Shown: positions 8,982 to 22,169, numbered from the stretch's first letter. The stretch: 64,000 nt of DNA from Flavobacteriales bacterium (GCA_028280815.1 JANQLC010000008.1:8492-72491); one strand, 5' to 3'. Notes: a model not told the origin generated them from the letters alone. Made by a program: numbers and translations.

Positions 8982-9281
8982 TCAGGCTTCACCCGCTGGC
9001 CCGCCAAAGTGAAAGGGCAAATCGCCTTCCGCAATTTCACCATGGCTACCCTCGTAACGCGCGAGGTTTTCCCGCAAAGCGCGGAGCAGGCGCTTGGCGT
9101 GCTGGGGCGTGAGAATAATCCGGGACTTGACTCTTGCCTTGGGGGTCCCGGGCAGCACCTTGACAAAATCTATCACAAACTCCGTATTGGAGTGGTTGAT
9201 AATGGCCAGGTTGGCGTAAATCCCGTCGGCCACCTCTTCGGTCAATTCGATATCGATCTGGGCTTCCCCTCGTTTTTCCAT
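8982..9281 (-). CDS. DUF3467 domain protein
   Basis: 99 aa. GIYANLAIINHSNTEFVIDF matches my memory of DUF3467. It sits in the conserved position directly after rpoC in Bacteroidota. Confidence 0.75.
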   Translation of the reverse strand: MEKRGEAQIDIELTEEVADGIYANLAIINHSNTEFVIDFVKVLPGTPKARVKSRIILTPQHAKRLLRALRENLARYEGSHGEIAEGDLPFHFGGPAGEA

Positions 9282-12200
9282 TATACGCTTTCGCTTACCT
9301 CCGCTTCAAAATCCACCGTGGTCGGGTCGTAGTCCGCCTTGGCAGCCACCGTGATATCCTCGTAGGCTTTCAGGCCGGTACCCGCCGGAATCTTATGCCC
9401 CACGATGACGTTTTCCTTTAAGCCTTCCAAGGAATCGACCTTGGCGCTCACAGCGGCTTGATTCAATACTTTGGTGGTCTCTTGGAAAGAAGCGGCGGAC
9501 ATAAAGGATTTGGTTTGCAGGGAAGCTCGGGTGATCCCTTCTAACACCGGCATGGCTGTGGCAGGAATCGCATCCCGAGCGGTGATCAAATTCCGGTCTG
9601 CGCGGCGAAGCAGGGAATTCTCATCGCGCAATTCGCGCGGCGTGACCATCTGGCCCGACTGGTACCGGGTGGAATCACCGGGATCGGTTACGACTTTCAG
9701 GTCGTAAATTCGATCGTTTTCCGCGGTGAAATCATTCCTGTGAACCACTTTGGTATCCAAGAAATGGGTATCGCCCGAGTCTTGAATCTCCACTTTTTGC
9801 ATCATCTGACGTACGATCACCTCGAAGTGCTTGTCATTGATCTTCACCCCTTGCAGGCGATAAACCTCCTGCACACCGTTTACCAAATACGCCTGAACAG
9901 CCGTAGGTCCCTTGATGGCCAAGATATCCTTGGGCGTTATAGCCCCATCGGAAAGCGGCATGCCCGCGCGGACGAAGTCATTCTCTTGAACCAATATCTG
10001 GTTGGAGAGTTTGACCAAATACTTCTTCAGCTCACCGGTCTTGCTCTCGACGATGATCTCGCGGTTACCCCGCTTGATCTTACCGAAGGAGACCACCCCA
10101 TCGGTCTCGGAGACCACGGCTGGATTGGATGGGTTGCGGGCCTCAAACAGCTCGGTCACCCGGGGCAAGCCACCGGTGATGTCACCCGTCTTAGCGGACT
10201 TGCGCGGTATTTTTACCAGGGTTTTTCCAGCCTTGATCGATTCGCCATCCCCGACGATGAGGTGTGCGCCTACGGGCAGGTTATAGACCTTTAACACCGC
10301 ACCGTCCCCATCGCGTATCGACAGCGAAGGAATGAGGCGCTTGCCCCGGGAATCGGTGATCACCTTTTCTTGGAAACCGGTTTGCTCATCGATCTCTACG
10401 ACAAAGGTGTTCCCTTGAATGATGTTATCGAACTCAACCTTACCAGCGGTTTCAGCGATGATCACACCGTTGTAGGGATCCCAGCTGCAAATCGCCGCGC
10501 CCTTCTTTAGCTCCTCCCCCCCTCTTACCTTTAAAAAGGAACCATAAGGGATGTGGGCTGTAGCCACTGTATTTTTGTGATTCGGATCGATCAACTTCAT
10601 CTCAGCAGAGCGCGAAATCACCACCTCTACCGCACGGCCTTCGTCGTCCTCGCTCGAAACGGTTTTCAAATCATCGAATGCTACCCGCGCATCCTGCTTG
10701 GCGACGATTTGGGATTCTTCCGCCACATGACCCGCTGTACCCCCGACGTGAAAAGTGCGCAAGGTGAGTTGCGTACCGGGTTCGCCGATGGATTGCGCCG
10801 CGATGACACCGACGGCTTCCCCCTCTTGCACCATCTCTCCCGTCGACAGGTTGCGCCCATAACACTTGGCACAAATTCCACTCTTGGATTCGCAAGTCAA
10901 AGGGGATCGCACTTCCACGCGTTCGATACCGGCTGCTTCAATCGCCCATGCCGTAGCTTCCTCAATTTGTGATCCAGCGGCGGCGATCAGCGCATCGGTT
11001 TGGGGGTGATACACATCGTTTAAGGCTACCCGGCCGAGAATGCGATCGAAGAGCGGCTCGATCACCTCTTCGTTCTTCTTCAAAGCGGTTACCTCGAGCC
11101 CGCGCAAGGTGCCGCAATCCGCTTCGCGGATGACCACATCTTGGGATACATCGACCAAACGACGGGTCAAGTAGCCGGCGTCAGCTGTTTTCAAAGCGGT
11201 ATCCGCCAGGCCTTTACGCGCACCATGCGTCGAAATAAAATACTCTAAGATCGAAAGTCCTTCCCGAAAGTTTGAAATGATCGGATTTTCGATGATCTCC
11301 TGGCCGCTCGCACCCGACTTTTGCGGTTTGGCCATCAAGCCGCGCATACCGGCCAGCTGCCGAATCTGTTCCTTAGACCCCCGTGCGCCGGAATCCAACA
11401 TCATATAAACGGAATTGAACCCCTGGTGGTCGGATGCCAAACGCTTCATGGTCAGCTCGGTAATCTGGGCGTTGGTGCTCGTCCACACGTCGATCACCTG
11501 ATTGTAACGCTCGTTATTCGTGATCAAGCCCATGTTGTAATTCGCCGAGATGGAATCCACCTGCGCATCGGCGGCTCGGGTCATCTCTCCCTTTTCTTCC
11601 GGGGCGATGATGTCGCCCAAACCAAATGACAAACCGCCTTTGAACGCATGGGTATAACCCAAATTCTTGATGTCGTCGAGGAATTTTGCCGTCGTCGGCA
11701 CATCTGTTTTTTTGAGGATGTCGGCGATGATCTCACGCAGGGCTTTTTTGGTTAAAATCTGGTTGATAAAACCCATTTTCTCAGGCACCACCTGGTTGAA
11801 CAAGACACGACCTACGGTCGTCTCGATCAACTTCGCCCTGCCGGTTTCAGGCGATTCCCATCTCATCTCGATGATGGCATTGAGCACTGCCTTACCTTCG
11901 TTGTAGGCTATGATCACCTCTTCGGCCGAATAGAAAATGCCGTTTTCCCCCTTTACCGGACACCGAGCCGTCGAGCGCCGGGCCTTGGTCATATAATACA
12001 AGCCGAGCACCATATCCTGAGAGGGTACGGCAATGGGGGAGCCGTTTGCGGGGTTTAGAATGTTGTGCGTAGATAGCATCAACAACTGGGCCTCTAAGAT
12101 GGCTTCCGGGCCGAGCGGGACGTGAACCGCCATCTGGTCGCCATCGAAGTCTGCATTGAAGGCCGTACATACCAACGGGTGCAGTTGAATGGCCTTCCCT

Positions 12201-13573
12201 TCGATCAACTTGGGTTGAAAGGCTTGAATGCCCAAGCGGTGCAGTGTTGGCGCTCGGTTGAGCAAGACGGGATGTCCCTTCAATACATTTTCCAAGATAT
12301 CCCAGACGACAGGCTCCTTTTTATTGATGATCCGCTTGGCTGATTTCACGGTTTTGACGATCCCCCGCTCGACCAGCTTTCGGACGATAAACGGATTGTA
12401 CAGCTCTGCAGCCATATCTTTGGGCAAGCCACATTCGTGCAGCTTCAATTCCGGGCCGACCACGATGACGGAGCGCGCCGAATAGTCCACCCGTTTGCCG
12501 AGCAAGTTCTGACGAAATCGCCCCTGCTTTCCCTTTAGGGAGTCGGAAAGCGATTTGAGGGGCCGATTGGAATCGGTTTTAATCGCGGAAAACTTTCTCG
12601 TATTGTCCAATAGCGAATCCACAGACTCTTGGAGCATGCGTTTTTCGTTTCTGAGAATGACCGCTGGCGCCTTGACTTCCATCAAGCGTTTCAAGCGGTT
12701 GTTGCGAATGATGACCCGGCGATACAAATCATTCAAATCCGAGGTGGCGAATCGACCCCCATCCAAGGGTACCAAGGGTCTCAATTCAGGGGGAATGACG
12801 GGGATGACCTTCAAGATCATCCACTCGGGCTTGTTCTCCACCCGGGCGTTGGCTTCGCGGAAAGCCTCGACGACCTGCAAGCGTTTTAAAGCCTCCAAGC
12901 GCCGCTGCTTAGAGGTTTCGTTATGGGCTTTGTGCCGCAATTCATAAGATAGGGCATCGATATCGAGACGCTGCAAGAGGTAAATCAAACACTCGGCCCC
13001 CATCTTGGCGATGAACTTATTGGGATCGGTGTCTTCGAGGTATTGATTTTCGGGGGGCAGGGATTCCGAGACATCGAGATATTCCTCTTCGGTTAAGAAA
13101 TCCATGGGTTGTAAGGCTTCCCCATCGGAGCGCTCGGCGATACCCGGTTGGACCACCACATACCGCTCGTAGTAAATGATCATGTCCAACTTTTTGGAAG
13201 GCAAACCCAACAGGTATCCGATCTTGTTGGGCAAGGAGCGGAAGTACCAAATATGGGCTAGGGGTACGACCAAATTGATGTGTCCGATGCGCTCGCGGCG
13301 CACTTTTTTCTCGGTGACTTCTACCCCGCAGCGATCGCAGATAATGCCTTTGTATCGAATGCGCTTATACTTGCCACAAGCGCATTCGTAATCCTTTACC
13401 GGACCGAAGATGCGCTCGCAGAACAAGCCATCGCGTTCGGGCTTGTGCGTGCGGTAATTGATGGTCTCGGGCTTGACGACCTCTCCATAAGACCGCTGCA
13501 ACAGGGTCTCGGGACAGGCTAAGCTGATAACGATCTCATCGAACTGCGCGCTTTGATTGTTTTTGCCCATCAT
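9281..13573 (-). CDS. rpoC: DNA-directed RNA polymerase subunit beta'
   Basis: 1430 aa with zinc motif [23 protein letters not shown] and catalytic NADFDGD. Confidence 0.97.
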   Translation of the reverse strand: MMGKNNQSAQFDEIVISLACPETLLQRSYGEVVKPETINYRTHKPERDGLFCERIFGPVKDYECACGKYKRIRYKGIICDRCGVEVTEKKVRRERIGHINLVVPLAHIWYFRSLPNKIGYLLGLPSKKLDMIIYYERYVVVQPGIAERSDGEALQPMDFLTEEEYLDVSESLPPENQYLEDTDPNKFIAKMGAECLIYLLQRLDIDALSYELRHKAHNETSKQRRLEALKRLQVVEAFREANARVENKPEWMILKVIPVIPPELRPLVPLDGGRFATSDLNDLYRRVIIRNNRLKRLMEVKAPAVILRNEKRMLQESVDSLLDNTRKFSAIKTDSNRPLKSLSDSLKGKQGRFRQNLLGKRVDYSARSVIVVGPELKLHECGLPKDMAAELYNPFIVRKLVERGIVKTVKSAKRIINKKEPVVWDILENVLKGHPVLLNRAPTLHRLGIQAFQPKLIEGKAIQLHPLVCTAFNADFDGDQMAVHVPLGPEAILEAQLLMLSTHNILNPANGSPIAVPSQDMVLGLYYMTKARRSTARCPVKGENGIFYSAEEVIIAYNEGKAVLNAIIEMRWESPETGRAKLIETTVGRVLFNQVVPEKMGFINQILTKKALREIIADILKKTDVPTTAKFLDDIKNLGYTHAFKGGLSFGLGDIIAPEEKGEMTRAADAQVDSISANYNMGLITNNERYNQVIDVWTSTNAQITELTMKRLASDHQGFNSVYMMLDSGARGSKEQIRQLAGMRGLMAKPQKSGASGQEIIENPIISNFREGLSILEYFISTHGARKGLADTALKTADAGYLTRRLVDVSQDVVIREADCGTLRGLEVTALKKNEEVIEPLFDRILGRVALNDVYHPQTDALIAAAGSQIEEATAWAIEAAGIERVEVRSPLTCESKSGICAKCYGRNLSTGEMVQEGEAVGVIAAQSIGEPGTQLTLRTFHVGGTAGHVAEESQIVAKQDARVAFDDLKTVSSEDDEGRAVEVVISRSAEMKLIDPNHKNTVATAHIPYGSFLKVRGGEELKKGAAICSWDPYNGVIIAETAGKVEFDNIIQGNTFVVEIDEQTGFQEKVITDSRGKRLIPSLSIRDGDGAVLKVYNLPVGAHLIVGDGESIKAGKTLVKIPRKSAKTGDITGGLPRVTELFEARNPSNPAVVSETDGVVSFGKIKRGNREIIVESKTGELKKYLVKLSNQILVQENDFVRAGMPLSDGAITPKDILAIKGPTAVQAYLVNGVQEVYRLQGVKINDKHFEVIVRQMMQKVEIQDSGDTHFLDTKVVHRNDFTAENDRIYDLKVVTDPGDSTRYQSGQMVTPRELRDENSLLRRADRNLITARDAIPATAMPVLEGITRASLQTKSFMSAASFQETTKVLNQAAVSAKVDSLEGLKENVIVGHKIPAGTGLKAYEDITVAAKADYDPTTVDFEAEVSESV

Positions 13574-13636
13574 AGCTATGACATATTTCTTACACCATTG
13601 ATGAACCCGGGTTCAGCCCCCATAGCAGGACGCGGG

Positions 13637-16600
13637 TCACTCCGATTTCAAGTCCACGTTGAGGGCTAGGCCCTGCATCTCGTGCAGCAATACGTTGAAC
13701 GACTCGGGAATCCCGGGCTCCGGCATGGCTTCGCCTTTGACGATGGCTTCGTAGACCTTAGCCCGGCCGACCACATCATCCGATTTTACGGTGAGCATTT
13801 CCCGCAAGGCGTAGGTCGCTCCATAAGCCTCGAGCGCCCAAACCTCCATCTCACCGAAGCGCTGGCCGCCGAATTGGGCTTTCCCGCCGAGTGGCTGCTG
13901 GGTGATCAAAGAATAGGGCCCGATGGAACGAGCGTGCATCTTATCGTCCACCATATGACTCAATTTTAGCATATAGATCACGCCGACCGTAGCGGGTTGG
14001 TCGAATCGCTCACCGGTGCCCCCGTCGCAGAGGTAGGTACGACCAAAACGCGGAATGCCAGCCCGATCGGTCAACCGGTTGATCTGATCTAGGGAAGCCC
14101 CGTCAAAAATGGGCGTGGCATACTTCTCACCGAGTCGCTTGCCCGCCCACCCGAGCACGGTTTCGTAAATCTGACCGATGTTCATGCGAGAGGGTACGCC
14201 CAAGGGATTCAATACCATATCCACTGGGGTGCCATCATCCAAGAAGGGCATGTCCTCTTCTCGGACGATACGAGCTACGATACCTTTGTTGCCGTGACGG
14301 CCCGCCATTTTATCCCCAACCCGCAACCTGCGCTTCTTAGCGATGTAGACCTTGGCCAATTTGACGACGCCAGCGGGCAGTTCATCCCCCACGGAAATGT
14401 TGAACTTTCGGCGGCGCAAAACGCCCTGTAGGTCGTTGACGCGGATTTTATAGTTGTGGAGCAATTCCTTGATCAAATCGTTTTTCGCCGAGCTCGTCGT
14501 CCAGGTGCCCTGGGTCAAATGGACGTAGTCGTCGACGCCGCTGAGCAGTTTTTGGGAAAACTTCACCCCTTTTGGAATGACTTCCTCCATCAAGTCGTTC
14601 TGTACCCCCTGGGCGGTTTTTCCCTGAACGATTTGGAATAGTTTTTCGATCAACACTTCGCGCAGTGCGGACAAGCGCTTGTGAAAGTCGGCCTCCAAGC
14701 GCTCCACCTCGAGCTTGTCCTTCGCACGTCTATGCTTATCCTTGATGCTGCGTTCAAACAATTTTTTATCGATGACCACACCGTTCAATGAGGGGGGGGC
14801 TTTCAGGGAGGCGTCTTTTACATCCCCAGCCTTGTCACCAAAAATCGCGCGCAACAGCTTTTCTTCTGGCGTGGGATCAGACTCACCCTTGGGTGTGATC
14901 TTTCCGATTAAAATATCCCCCGGTTGCACTTCAGCGCCAACGCGAACCATGCCGTTTTCATCCAACTCCCGAATGGCTTCTTCGCTCACATTGGGGATAT
15001 CGCTCGTCAACTCCTCCATGCCCAATTTGGTATCGCGCACATCGAGGGCGTACTCGTCGATGTGAATGGAAGTGAACAAATCCGCGCGAACCACGCGCTC
15101 TGAAACGACGATGGCATCCTCAAAATTGTATCCCTTCCAGGGCATAAAAGCAACCAATAGGTTCTGACCCAGGGCTAGTTCACCACCATGAGTCGCATAG
15201 CCTTCGCACAAAACCTGACCTCTTTTCACCGAATCGCCCAATTTGACAATCGGTCTCAGGTTGATACAAGTACTCTGATTGGTCTTTCTAAACTTGACGA
15301 GTTCGTATTCTTTTACGTCGTCGTCAAAGCTGACCAAACGCTCATCTTCGCTGCGATCGTATCGGATTTGAATCCGTTCTGAGTCGACGTAAACCACCTC
15401 GCCATCGGCCTGGGCGTTCAGCAAAATACGGGAATCGCTCGCTACCTGGGCCTCGAGGCCTGTCCCTACGATCGGCGAATCCGTCTTCAACAGGGGAACC
15501 GCTTGGCGCATCATATTGGATCCCATCAAGGCACGGTTGGCATCATCGTGCTCCAAAAACGGAATCAGGGAGGCCGAAATCGAAGCGATTTGGTTGGGTG
15601 CCACGTCCATATAATTCACCCGATCGGGATCCACCACCGGAAAATCGCCCTCGTCTCGTGCTTTGATCCGGTCTGAGGTGAACTTTCCCGCCTCGTCTAA
15701 AGCCGCATTGGCCTGTGCGATCACCTTTCCCTCTTCCTCTTCTGCGGTCAGGTAAACCGGCTCTTCAGAAAGGCGCACACCACCGGCTTCCACCCTGCGA
15801 TAAGGGGTTTCGATAAAGCCCATCTTATTGACTTTGGCGAATACGCATAGGGATGAGATCAAGCCGATGTTGGGCCCCTCAGGCGTTTCAATCGGACAGA
15901 GGCGACCGTAATGCGTATAATGCACATCGCGCACCTCAAAACCAGCGCGTTCGCGCGACAAACCGCCTGGCCCCAAGGCCGACATCCGGCGCTTGTGGGT
16001 GAGCTCAGATAGGGGGTTGGTCTGATCCATAAACTGGGAGAGCTGGTTGGTACCAAAGAATGAATTGATCACGGAAGATAGGGTCTTGGCATTGATCAAA
16101 TCGATGGGCGTGAACACTTCGTTGTCGCGTACGTTCATGCGCTCGCGAATGGTGCGCGCCATACGCGACAAGCCGACGCCAAACTGGTTGGCCAATTGTT
16201 CCCCCACCGTCCGAACACGGCGGTTGGACAAGTGATCGATATCGTCGACTTCGGCCTTGGAATTCACCAATTCTATCAAATACTTTACGATGGAAATGAT
16301 GTCGGCATTGGTGAGGACTTGCTTATCGAGGCTGACATCCAAGCCCAACTTTTTATTGATCCGATAACGACCCACGCCATCCAAGCTATAGCGCTGATCG
16401 GAGAAGAATAGTTTATCGATAATCCCCCGCGCGGTTTCCTCATCGGGCGGCTCGGAGCCGCGCAACTGCCGGTATATGTATGCGACAGCTTCCTTCTCTG
16501 AATTGGTCGGATCCTTGGCGAGGGTGTTGTGGACGATGGCGAAATCACCGCGCTGTCCCCCTTCCTGCTTGTGCAAGAAGATGGTTTTGACCCCGGCATT

Positions 16601-17458
16601 CAAAATGTCGTCTATGTGTGCTTCCGCTATGACGGTATCCCGATCGAGCACGATCTCATTGCGCTCTATGGAGACCACTTCTCCCGTATCCTCATCCACA
16701 AAATCCTCGTGCCAGGTCTTCAACACCCGCGCCGCAATGGGGCGACCCAACAGCTTCTTCAAGTTGGTTTTCGTAACCTTAACCACCTCGGCTAGATCGA
16801 AGATCTCCAGTATATCCCGGTCGCGCTCATAGCCAATCGCGCGGAGGAGCGTCGTCATCGGTAGCTTTTTCTTCCTATCGATATAGGCGTACATCACATG
16901 GTTGACATCCGTAGCAAACTCGATCCACGAGCCTTTGAAAGGAATGACCCGCGCAGAGTACAACTTGGTGCCATTGGCGTGGTAAGACTGCCCAAAAAAC
17001 ACCCCTGGAGAACGGTGGAGCTGAGATGCGATAACGCGCTCGGCGCCATTGATGACAAAGGAACTGCTCGGCGTCATATAGGGTATGGCCCCGAGATAGA
17101 CATCTTGTACGATGGTTTCAAAATCCTCGTGCTCCGGATCGGTGCAATACAGCTTTAAGCGCGCTTTGAGCGGAACGTTATAGGTCAGGCCGCGTTCAAT
17201 GCACTCCGCAATGGTGTAGCGCGGTGGATCGACAAAGTAATCCAAGAATTCCAATACGAACTGATTGCGGGTATCCGTGATGGGAAAGTTTTCTTGAAAA
17301 GTCTTGTACAAGCCTTCATCTTTGCGCGCTTCGGACTTGGTGTCGAGCTGAAAGAAGTCTTGAAAAGACTTCAATTGAATATCCAAAAAGTCGGGATAGC
17401 TCGTCGGTGCTTTGATCGAAGCAAAACCGACTCGCCCCAGTGATTTAGTCTTTGCCAA
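13637..17458 (-). CDS. rpoB: DNA-directed RNA polymerase subunit beta
   Basis: Typical RpoB throughout. The track ORF runs to a TTG at 17527, only 3 nt after the rplL stop. There is no in-frame ATG near the N-terminus. I place the start at TTG 17458 ([28 protein letters not shown]), but this is uncertain. Confidence 0.93.
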   Translation of the reverse strand: MAKTKSLGRVGFASIKAPTSYPDFLDIQLKSFQDFFQLDTKSEARKDEGLYKTFQENFPITDTRNQFVLEFLDYFVDPPRYTIAECIERGLTYNVPLKARLKLYCTDPEHEDFETIVQDVYLGAIPYMTPSSSFVINGAERVIASQLHRSPGVFFGQSYHANGTKLYSARVIPFKGSWIEFATDVNHVMYAYIDRKKKLPMTTLLRAIGYERDRDILEIFDLAEVVKVTKTNLKKLLGRPIAARVLKTWHEDFVDEDTGEVVSIERNEIVLDRDTVIAEAHIDDILNAGVKTIFLHKQEGGQRGDFAIVHNTLAKDPTNSEKEAVAYIYRQLRGSEPPDEETARGIIDKLFFSDQRYSLDGVGRYRINKKLGLDVSLDKQVLTNADIISIVKYLIELVNSKAEVDDIDHLSNRRVRTVGEQLANQFGVGLSRMARTIRERMNVRDNEVFTPIDLINAKTLSSVINSFFGTNQLSQFMDQTNPLSELTHKRRMSALGPGGLSRERAGFEVRDVHYTHYGRLCPIETPEGPNIGLISSLCVFAKVNKMGFIETPYRRVEAGGVRLSEEPVYLTAEEEEGKVIAQANAALDEAGKFTSDRIKARDEGDFPVVDPDRVNYMDVAPNQIASISASLIPFLEHDDANRALMGSNMMRQAVPLLKTDSPIVGTGLEAQVASDSRILLNAQADGEVVYVDSERIQIRYDRSEDERLVSFDDDVKEYELVKFRKTNQSTCINLRPIVKLGDSVKRGQVLCEGYATHGGELALGQNLLVAFMPWKGYNFEDAIVVSERVVRADLFTSIHIDEYALDVRDTKLGMEELTSDIPNVSEEAIRELDENGMVRVGAEVQPGDILIGKITPKGESDPTPEEKLLRAIFGDKAGDVKDASLKAPPSLNGVVIDKKLFERSIKDKHRRAKDKLEVERLEADFHKRLSALREVLIEKLFQIVQGKTAQGVQNDLMEEVIPKGVKFSQKLLSGVDDYVHLTQGTWTTSSAKNDLIKELLHNYKIRVNDLQGVLRRRKFNISVGDELPAGVVKLAKVYIAKKRRLRVGDKMAGRHGNKGIVARIVREEDMPFLDDGTPVDMVLNPLGVPSRMNIGQIYETVLGWAGKRLGEKYATPIFDGASLDQINRLTDRAGIPRFGRTYLCDGGTGERFDQPATVGVIYMLKLSHMVDDKMHARSIGPYSLITQQPLGGKAQFGGQRFGEMEVWALEAYGATYALREMLTVKSDDVVGRAKVYEAIVKGEAMPEPGIPESFNVLLHEMQGLALNVDLKSE

Positions 17459-17530
17459 TGGACCATTTTTTAGTTGAAAAACAAAAGTCGATGCCGGCGA
17501 TCGCAACCGTCGGAGACCGCCGTCCAAAAA

Positions 17531-17908
17531 TCACTTTAACTCGACTTCAGCCCCTGCTTCTTCGAGCTGCTTTTTCAAGCCTTCAGCGTGTTCCTTCGCC
17601 GCTGCTTCTCGGATGACCGCAGGCGCGGAATCGACCATCTCCTTCGCTTCTTTTAAGCCCTTTCCCGTCAACTCCTTGACCAACTTTACCACGGCCAACT
17701 TAGCCGAGCCCGGCGCCTTGAGAACGACATCGAACTCGCGTTGCGCTTCTTCCGCATCGGCATCCGAACTCGCTGCTGCCGGACTGACGACCGCTGCCGC
17801 TGTCGCCGGCTCAATTCCGTATTCGTCCTTCAAAATCGCAGCCAATTCGTTCACGTCTTTTACCGTCAGACTGACCAAATCTTCCGCCAATCGTTTTAAA
17901 TCTGCCAT
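17531..17908 (-). CDS. rplL: 50S ribosomal protein L7/L12
   Basis: 125 aa with an alanine-rich hinge and C-terminal [19 protein letters not shown]. Confidence 0.95.
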   Translation of the reverse strand: MADLKRLAEDLVSLTVKDVNELAAILKDEYGIEPATAAAVVSPAAASSDADAEEAQREFDVVLKAPGSAKLAVVKLVKELTGKGLKEAKEMVDSAPAVIREAAAKEHAEGLKKQLEEAGAEVELK

Positions 17909-17961
17909 TTTTCCTCTGTTTTCTCAATACATTTAACCCGATATGAGTGGCGTAACCCCGC

Positions 17962-18486
17962 TTAGCCCCCTTTTTGTTTGGAAAGGGTTTTGAGTATGCC
18001 ACTCAGTTTTTGTCCCTGCCCTTTCAAAGCGGAGACGAGCTGCACCACACCCGATTGCAAGGAGGCGACCACATCGGCGATCAGCTCCGCCTTCGATTTG
18101 ATGGAAACCAAGGTTTTGAGGTGTTCATCGCCTTTGTAAATGACGGTATGAATAAAAGCCGCTTTGAGAACCGGCCTTTCTCCGCCCTGGCGAAAGTCTT
18201 GGAGCACCCGAGCCGGTGCGTTGCTCCGCTCGGCCACCATGAGTGCAGAATTCCCTTTGAGCACCTCATACAATTCCTCAAAATCCCCCCCCGAATCTGC
18301 CATCGCTCTTTTGAGCAAGGTGTTCTTGACCAGGGTTAGCGACACCTTCGCCCCGAAGCAAGCCCTCCGCAAAGCAGTGGTCTGCTGAGCGTCCAAACCG
18401 GAGATATCCGTCACGTAGATATTGTCATTCTCCCGTAAGCGCGCCTTCAGGTCTTCGATTGCCGTCACCTTTTCTCCTCTCGTCAT
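17962..18486 (-). CDS. rplJ: 50S ribosomal protein L10
   Basis: L10-like, in the rplKAJL order. I chose ATG 18486 (MTRGEKVTAIEDLK) because the longer track ORF overlaps rplA. Confidence 0.9.
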   Translation of the reverse strand: MTRGEKVTAIEDLKARLRENDNIYVTDISGLDAQQTTALRRACFGAKVSLTLVKNTLLKRAMADSGGDFEELYEVLKGNSALMVAERSNAPARVLQDFRQGGERPVLKAAFIHTVIYKGDEHLKTLVSIKSKAELIADVVASLQSGVVQLVSALKGQGQKLSGILKTLSKQKGG

Positions 18487-18517
18487 ATCAACCCTACTTC
18501 TCCGCTGCCGCTTGTCA

Positions 18518-19207
18518 TCATACGGACTTAGGATCAACCGCAATACTGGGGCTCATCGTACTGGACAGGTAAATGCGCCTCATATAGGTACCCTTTACAG
18601 CCGCGGGTTTCATCTTTACCAAGGCGTGAATCAATTCCGCCGCATTGTCTCTAATCTTATCGGCATCGAATGAGACCTTGCCAATCGAGGCGTGTACAAT
18701 CCCGTAGCGACCGACCTTAAAATCGATCTGGCCCGACTTCACCGCACCAATCGCTTTGCCGACATTTGGGGTGACGGTTCCCGTCTTGGGGTTGGGCATC
18801 AAACCCCTAGGGCCCAAAATTCGACCCAGCGGGCCTACTTTGCCCATTACGCTCGGCGTAGCTACCACCACATCAAAAGCAACCCAGCCCTCTTTAATCT
18901 TGGCAATGCAGTCGTCTAAGCCGACGAAATCCGCGCCGGCCGCCTGAGCCTCTGACGCTTTATCGGCTGTAACCAAAGCCAATACGCGCAGCTCCTTCCC
19001 CGTTCCATGCGGAAGTGTGACCAGGCCGCGAACCATCTGATCCGCCTTTCGGGAATCCACGCCCAGGCGCACGGCCAAGTCGACCGTCGCATCGAACTTC
19101 ACCTGGGTTAGGTCTTTTAACAAGCGGGTTGCCTCCTCCAGCGGATACAATTTCCCCTTTTCCAACTGGGCCTCCGCTTCCTTTCGTCTCTTTGTCAATC
19201 TCGGCAT
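18518..19207 (-). CDS. rplA: 50S ribosomal protein L1
   Basis: 229 aa, typical L1 (KFDATVDLAVRLGVD). Confidence 0.95.
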   Translation of the reverse strand: MPRLTKRRKEAEAQLEKGKLYPLEEATRLLKDLTQVKFDATVDLAVRLGVDSRKADQMVRGLVTLPHGTGKELRVLALVTADKASEAQAAGADFVGLDDCIAKIKEGWVAFDVVVATPSVMGKVGPLGRILGPRGLMPNPKTGTVTPNVGKAIGAVKSGQIDFKVGRYGIVHASIGKVSFDADKIRDNAAELIHALVKMKPAAVKGTYMRRIYLSSTMSPSIAVDPKSV

Positions 19208-19228
19208 TCCGGTGGTATTTTCATCGGT

Positions 19229-19666
19229 TTAGAACGGGGGGCTTCCCGTTATGCGCAAGCCCATGCTACGCGCTGTACCGGCGATCATCTTCACAGCCGA
19301 TTCAAGGGTAAACGCATTCAAATCCGGCATCTTGTCTCGGGCAATGGCGCCTAGCTGCTCCCAGGTAACCGAGCCCGCTTGGATGCGGTTGGGCTCGGGG
19401 GAACCCTTTTCGCTTTTAGACGCCTGTAACAACTGCACAGCCGCTGCAGGGGTCTTGACGACAAACTCAAATGACTTATCTGCAAAAACCGTGATGACAA
19501 CGGGCAACAATTGTCCGTTTTTATCTTGGGTGTGAGCGTTAAACCGCTTGGTAAACGCCACGATGTTCACACCGGCGGCCCCCAGGGCAGGCCCTACTGG
19601 GGGGGCTGGATTGGCTTGGCCACCGCGTACTTGCAACTTGATTACCTTAACTATTCTCTTAGCCAT
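19229..19666 (-). CDS. rplK: 50S ribosomal protein L11
   Basis: 145 aa, typical L11 (PPVGPALG). Confidence 0.95.
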   Translation of the reverse strand: MAKRIVKVIKLQVRGGQANPAPPVGPALGAAGVNIVAFTKRFNAHTQDKNGQLLPVVITVFADKSFEFVVKTPAAAVQLLQASKSEKGSPEPNRIQAGSVTWEQLGAIARDKMPDLNAFTLESAVKMIAGTARSMGLRITGSPPF

Positions 19667-19713
19667 CGATCACTTTGAATTTCAGTCCGTGGAATCAGCC
19701 CTTCCACCCGGCA

Positions 19714-20262
19714 TCAGGATACTTTCTCCACCTGCATATAGTTGAGCTCAAGCGGTGTCTTGCGCCCGAAGATCAACACCATCACCGCCAACTTGCGCTT
19801 TTCCTCACTGATGCTTTCAACCGTACCGGTAAAGCCATTAAAAGGGCCGTCGACTACTTTTACCGTTTCGCCGATAACATGGGGAATGACCACAGAACTC
19901 TCCAACTCGGCGAGCTCGTCTACCTTGCCGAGCATCCGATTCACCTCTGAGCTGCGCATGGGAATGGGATCCCCACCCTTGGTCTCCCCCAAAAAGCCGA
20001 TGACACCCGGCGTGGATTTAATCGCATGCCCCAGCTCGCCATCCAAATTGGCCTCTATCATGACATAGCCCGGAAAATAGGTTCGTTCCTTGTTCACCCG
20101 CTTTCCCTTTCTGATCTGATAGACCTTTTCGACCGGCACCAGAATCTGACCGACGTAGTCGCCTACCCCGAGACGGGCAACCTCATTCTCGATATAGGTC
20201 TTTACCTTATTTTCCTGTCCACTAATGGCGCGAATCACATACCACTTCTTATCCATTTGCAT
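19714..20262 (-). CDS. nusG: transcription termination/antitermination factor NusG
   Basis: KKWYVIRAISGQENKVK NGN domain and C-terminal KOW. ATG 20262 lies 1 nt after the secE stop. Confidence 0.92.
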   Translation of the reverse strand: MQMDKKWYVIRAISGQENKVKTYIENEVARLGVGDYVGQILVPVEKVYQIRKGKRVNKERTYFPGYVMIEANLDGELGHAIKSTPGVIGFLGETKGGDPIPMRSSEVNRMLGKVDELAELESSVVIPHVIGETVKVVDGPFNGFTGTVESISEEKRKLAVMVLIFGRKTPLELNYMQVEKVS

Positions 20263-20263
20263 C

Positions 20264-20455
20264 TTATGAAAAGAGCGTAAAGTACCGATCGATGCCAAAC
20301 TTTATCACCCGGTCTATTAAAAATACGAGCAGCGCAAAAACCACTGCGGCCAGGGTTACGGTAGCGGTAGTCTGCTGCCACTCGGCATAGGGCATCCAAG
20401 TGACTTTTCGAACCAATTCTCCATATGCGCTCCTCACGTATTTGACGACCTTCAT
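20264..20455 (-). CDS. secE: preprotein translocase subunit SecE
   Basis: 63 aa with one C-terminal TM helix, located between tRNA-Trp and nusG. Confidence 0.9.
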   Translation of the reverse strand: MKVVKYVRSAYGELVRKVTWMPYAEWQQTTATVTLAAVVFALLVFLIDRVIKFGIDRYFTLFS

Positions 20456-20473
20456 CTCTTGCGCTGTTCATGG

Positions 20474-20549
20474 TGGCACGGGCGGTAAGAATCGAACTCA
20501 CGACCTTTGGTTTTGGAGACCACTGCTCTACCGGCTGAGCTACGCCCGT
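20474..20549 (-). tRNA. tRNA-Trp (CCA anticodon), encoded 3' CCA
   Basis: I folded the cloverleaf by hand: acceptor ACGGGCG/CGCCCGT, anticodon loop CTCCAAA, T-loop TTCGATT. Confidence 0.9.
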
Positions 20550-20632
20550 ATGTGCAAGCAGGCTGAAACCCAAAACGGGCACCGCTCTTTTACACTTCTT
20601 TCACACTGTATTTCTATGCTGTCCGCTGTCGA

Positions 20633-21820
20633 TCATTCGATGATTTCCGTAATCTGACCGGCCCCTACCGTTCTGCCGCCTTCACGGATGGCAAAGCGCA
20701 AACCCACACTGGCGGCTACGGGTTGAATCAAGTTGACCCCGATGGTCAAATTGTCGCCGGGCAACACCATTTCCACCCCATCGGGAAGTAGGATCTCGCC
20801 GGTCACATCGGTGGTTCTCAAATAGAACTGTGGACGGTAGTTGTCGTGGAAAGGGGTATGGCGTCCGCCCTCTTCTTTTTTTAAGATGTAAACCTCTGCT
20901 TTGAACTGGCTGTGTGGCTTGACAGAACCGGGCTTGGCGATGACCATTCCCCTTTTGATCTGGGATTTATCAATGCCTCGCAACAAAATACCCACGTTGT
21001 CTCCGGCCTGGCCTTCGTCCAAAATCTTGCGAAACATCTCCACCCCTGTAAGGGTAGAATTCAAGCGCTCAGCACCCATGCCGATAATTTCGACAGAGTC
21101 GCCGGTGTGCGCCTTGCCGGTTTCGATTCGACCGGTGGCAACCGTACCCCGACCGGTGATGGAGAAGACGTCCTCTACGGGCATCAAGAAATCCTTATCG
21201 ACATCGCGTTGGGGTACTTCGATCCACTTGTCCACTGCGCCCACCAATTCATCGATGGAATCCACCCACTTCTGCTCCCCGTTGAGCGCACCCAAGGCAG
21301 AGCCCAATATGACCGGCGTGTTATCGCCATCATATTCATAGAAGGAGAGCAATTCACGAACTTCCAACTCGACCAACTCGAGCAGCTCCTCATCGTCAAC
21401 CATATCGGCTTTATTCAAAAAGACGACGATGCGCGGCACACCGACCTGACGCCCTAACAGTATGTGTTCACGGGTTTGTGGCATCGGGCCATCGGTAGCT
21501 GCGACGACTAAGATGGCGCCATCCATCTGTGCAGCACCGGTCACCATATTTTTCACGTAATCCGCATGGCCTGGACAATCGACATGCGCGTAATGGCGGT
21601 TTTGGGTTTCGTACTCCACATGGGAAGTATTGATGGTGATGCCCCTTTCCTTTTCCTCGGGTGCGTTGTCGATGGAATCAAACGAACGGGCTTGACCATA
21701 ACCCGAATCGGACAATACCTTTGTGATGGCTGCAGTCAAAGTCGTCTTGCCGTGGTCGACGTGACCGATGGTACCGATATTGAGGTGCGGCTTGGATCGA
21801 TTAAAAGTTTCTTTTGCCAT
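20633..21820 (-). CDS. tuf: elongation factor Tu
   Basis: 395 aa with [15 protein letters not shown] and NKAD motifs. Confidence 0.98.
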   Translation of the reverse strand: MAKETFNRSKPHLNIGTIGHVDHGKTTLTAAITKVLSDSGYGQARSFDSIDNAPEEKERGITINTSHVEYETQNRHYAHVDCPGHADYVKNMVTGAAQMDGAILVVAATDGPMPQTREHILLGRQVGVPRIVVFLNKADMVDDEELLELVELEVRELLSFYEYDGDNTPVILGSALGALNGEQKWVDSIDELVGAVDKWIEVPQRDVDKDFLMPVEDVFSITGRGTVATGRIETGKAHTGDSVEIIGMGAERLNSTLTGVEMFRKILDEGQAGDNVGILLRGIDKSQIKRGMVIAKPGSVKPHSQFKAEVYILKKEEGGRHTPFHDNYRPQFYLRTTDVTGEILLPDGVEMVLPGDNLTIGVNLIQPVAASVGLRFAIREGGRTVGAGQITEIIE

Positions 21821-21876
21821 GGTTTGATGAATTTCTAATTACAGTTTACAAAACGAGGTAACAGGGCAGAGCCTCG

Positions 21877-21948
21877 AGCCAATGACGGGAATTGAACCCG
21901 TGACCTCTTCCTTACCAAGGAAGCGCTCTACCGCTGAGCTACATCGGC
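21877..21948 (-). tRNA. tRNA-Thr (GGT anticodon)
   Basis: Hand fold: GCCGATG acceptor, anticodon loop TTGGTAA, T-loop TTCAATT. Confidence 0.9.
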
Positions 21949-21954
21949 AACGCC

Positions 21955-22030
21955 TGGAGCGGGAGACGAGGTTCGAACTCGCGACATTCAGCTTGGAAGG
22001 CTGATGCTCTACCCACTGAGCTACTCCCGC
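21955..22030 (-). tRNA. tRNA-Gly (TCC anticodon), encoded CCA
   Basis: Hand fold: GCGGGAG acceptor, anticodon loop CTTCCAA, T-loop TTCGAAC. Confidence 0.9.
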
Positions 22031-22052
22031 TTATAAGGGATAAAAACCGATG

Positions 22053-22134
22053 TGGGGAGAGCAGGATTCGAACCTGCGAAGGTAAGACCAACAGATTTAC
22101 AGTCTGCCCTCGTTGACCGCTTGAGTATCTCCCC
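22053..22134 (-). tRNA. tRNA-Tyr (GTA anticodon), long variable arm
   Basis: Hand fold: GGGGAGA acceptor, anticodon loop CTGTAAA, T-loop TTCGAAT. Confidence 0.9.
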
Positions 22135-22169
22135 TCAATTGATTCCCCCTCACCTCCTAATATAACGGG

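Noticed and set aside
8525-9166. ORFs 8568..8846(+), 8525..8710(-) and 8879..9166(-) in and around island 1
   Set aside because: They give low-complexity translations caused by the skewed composition. The last one overlaps the DUF3467 gene.
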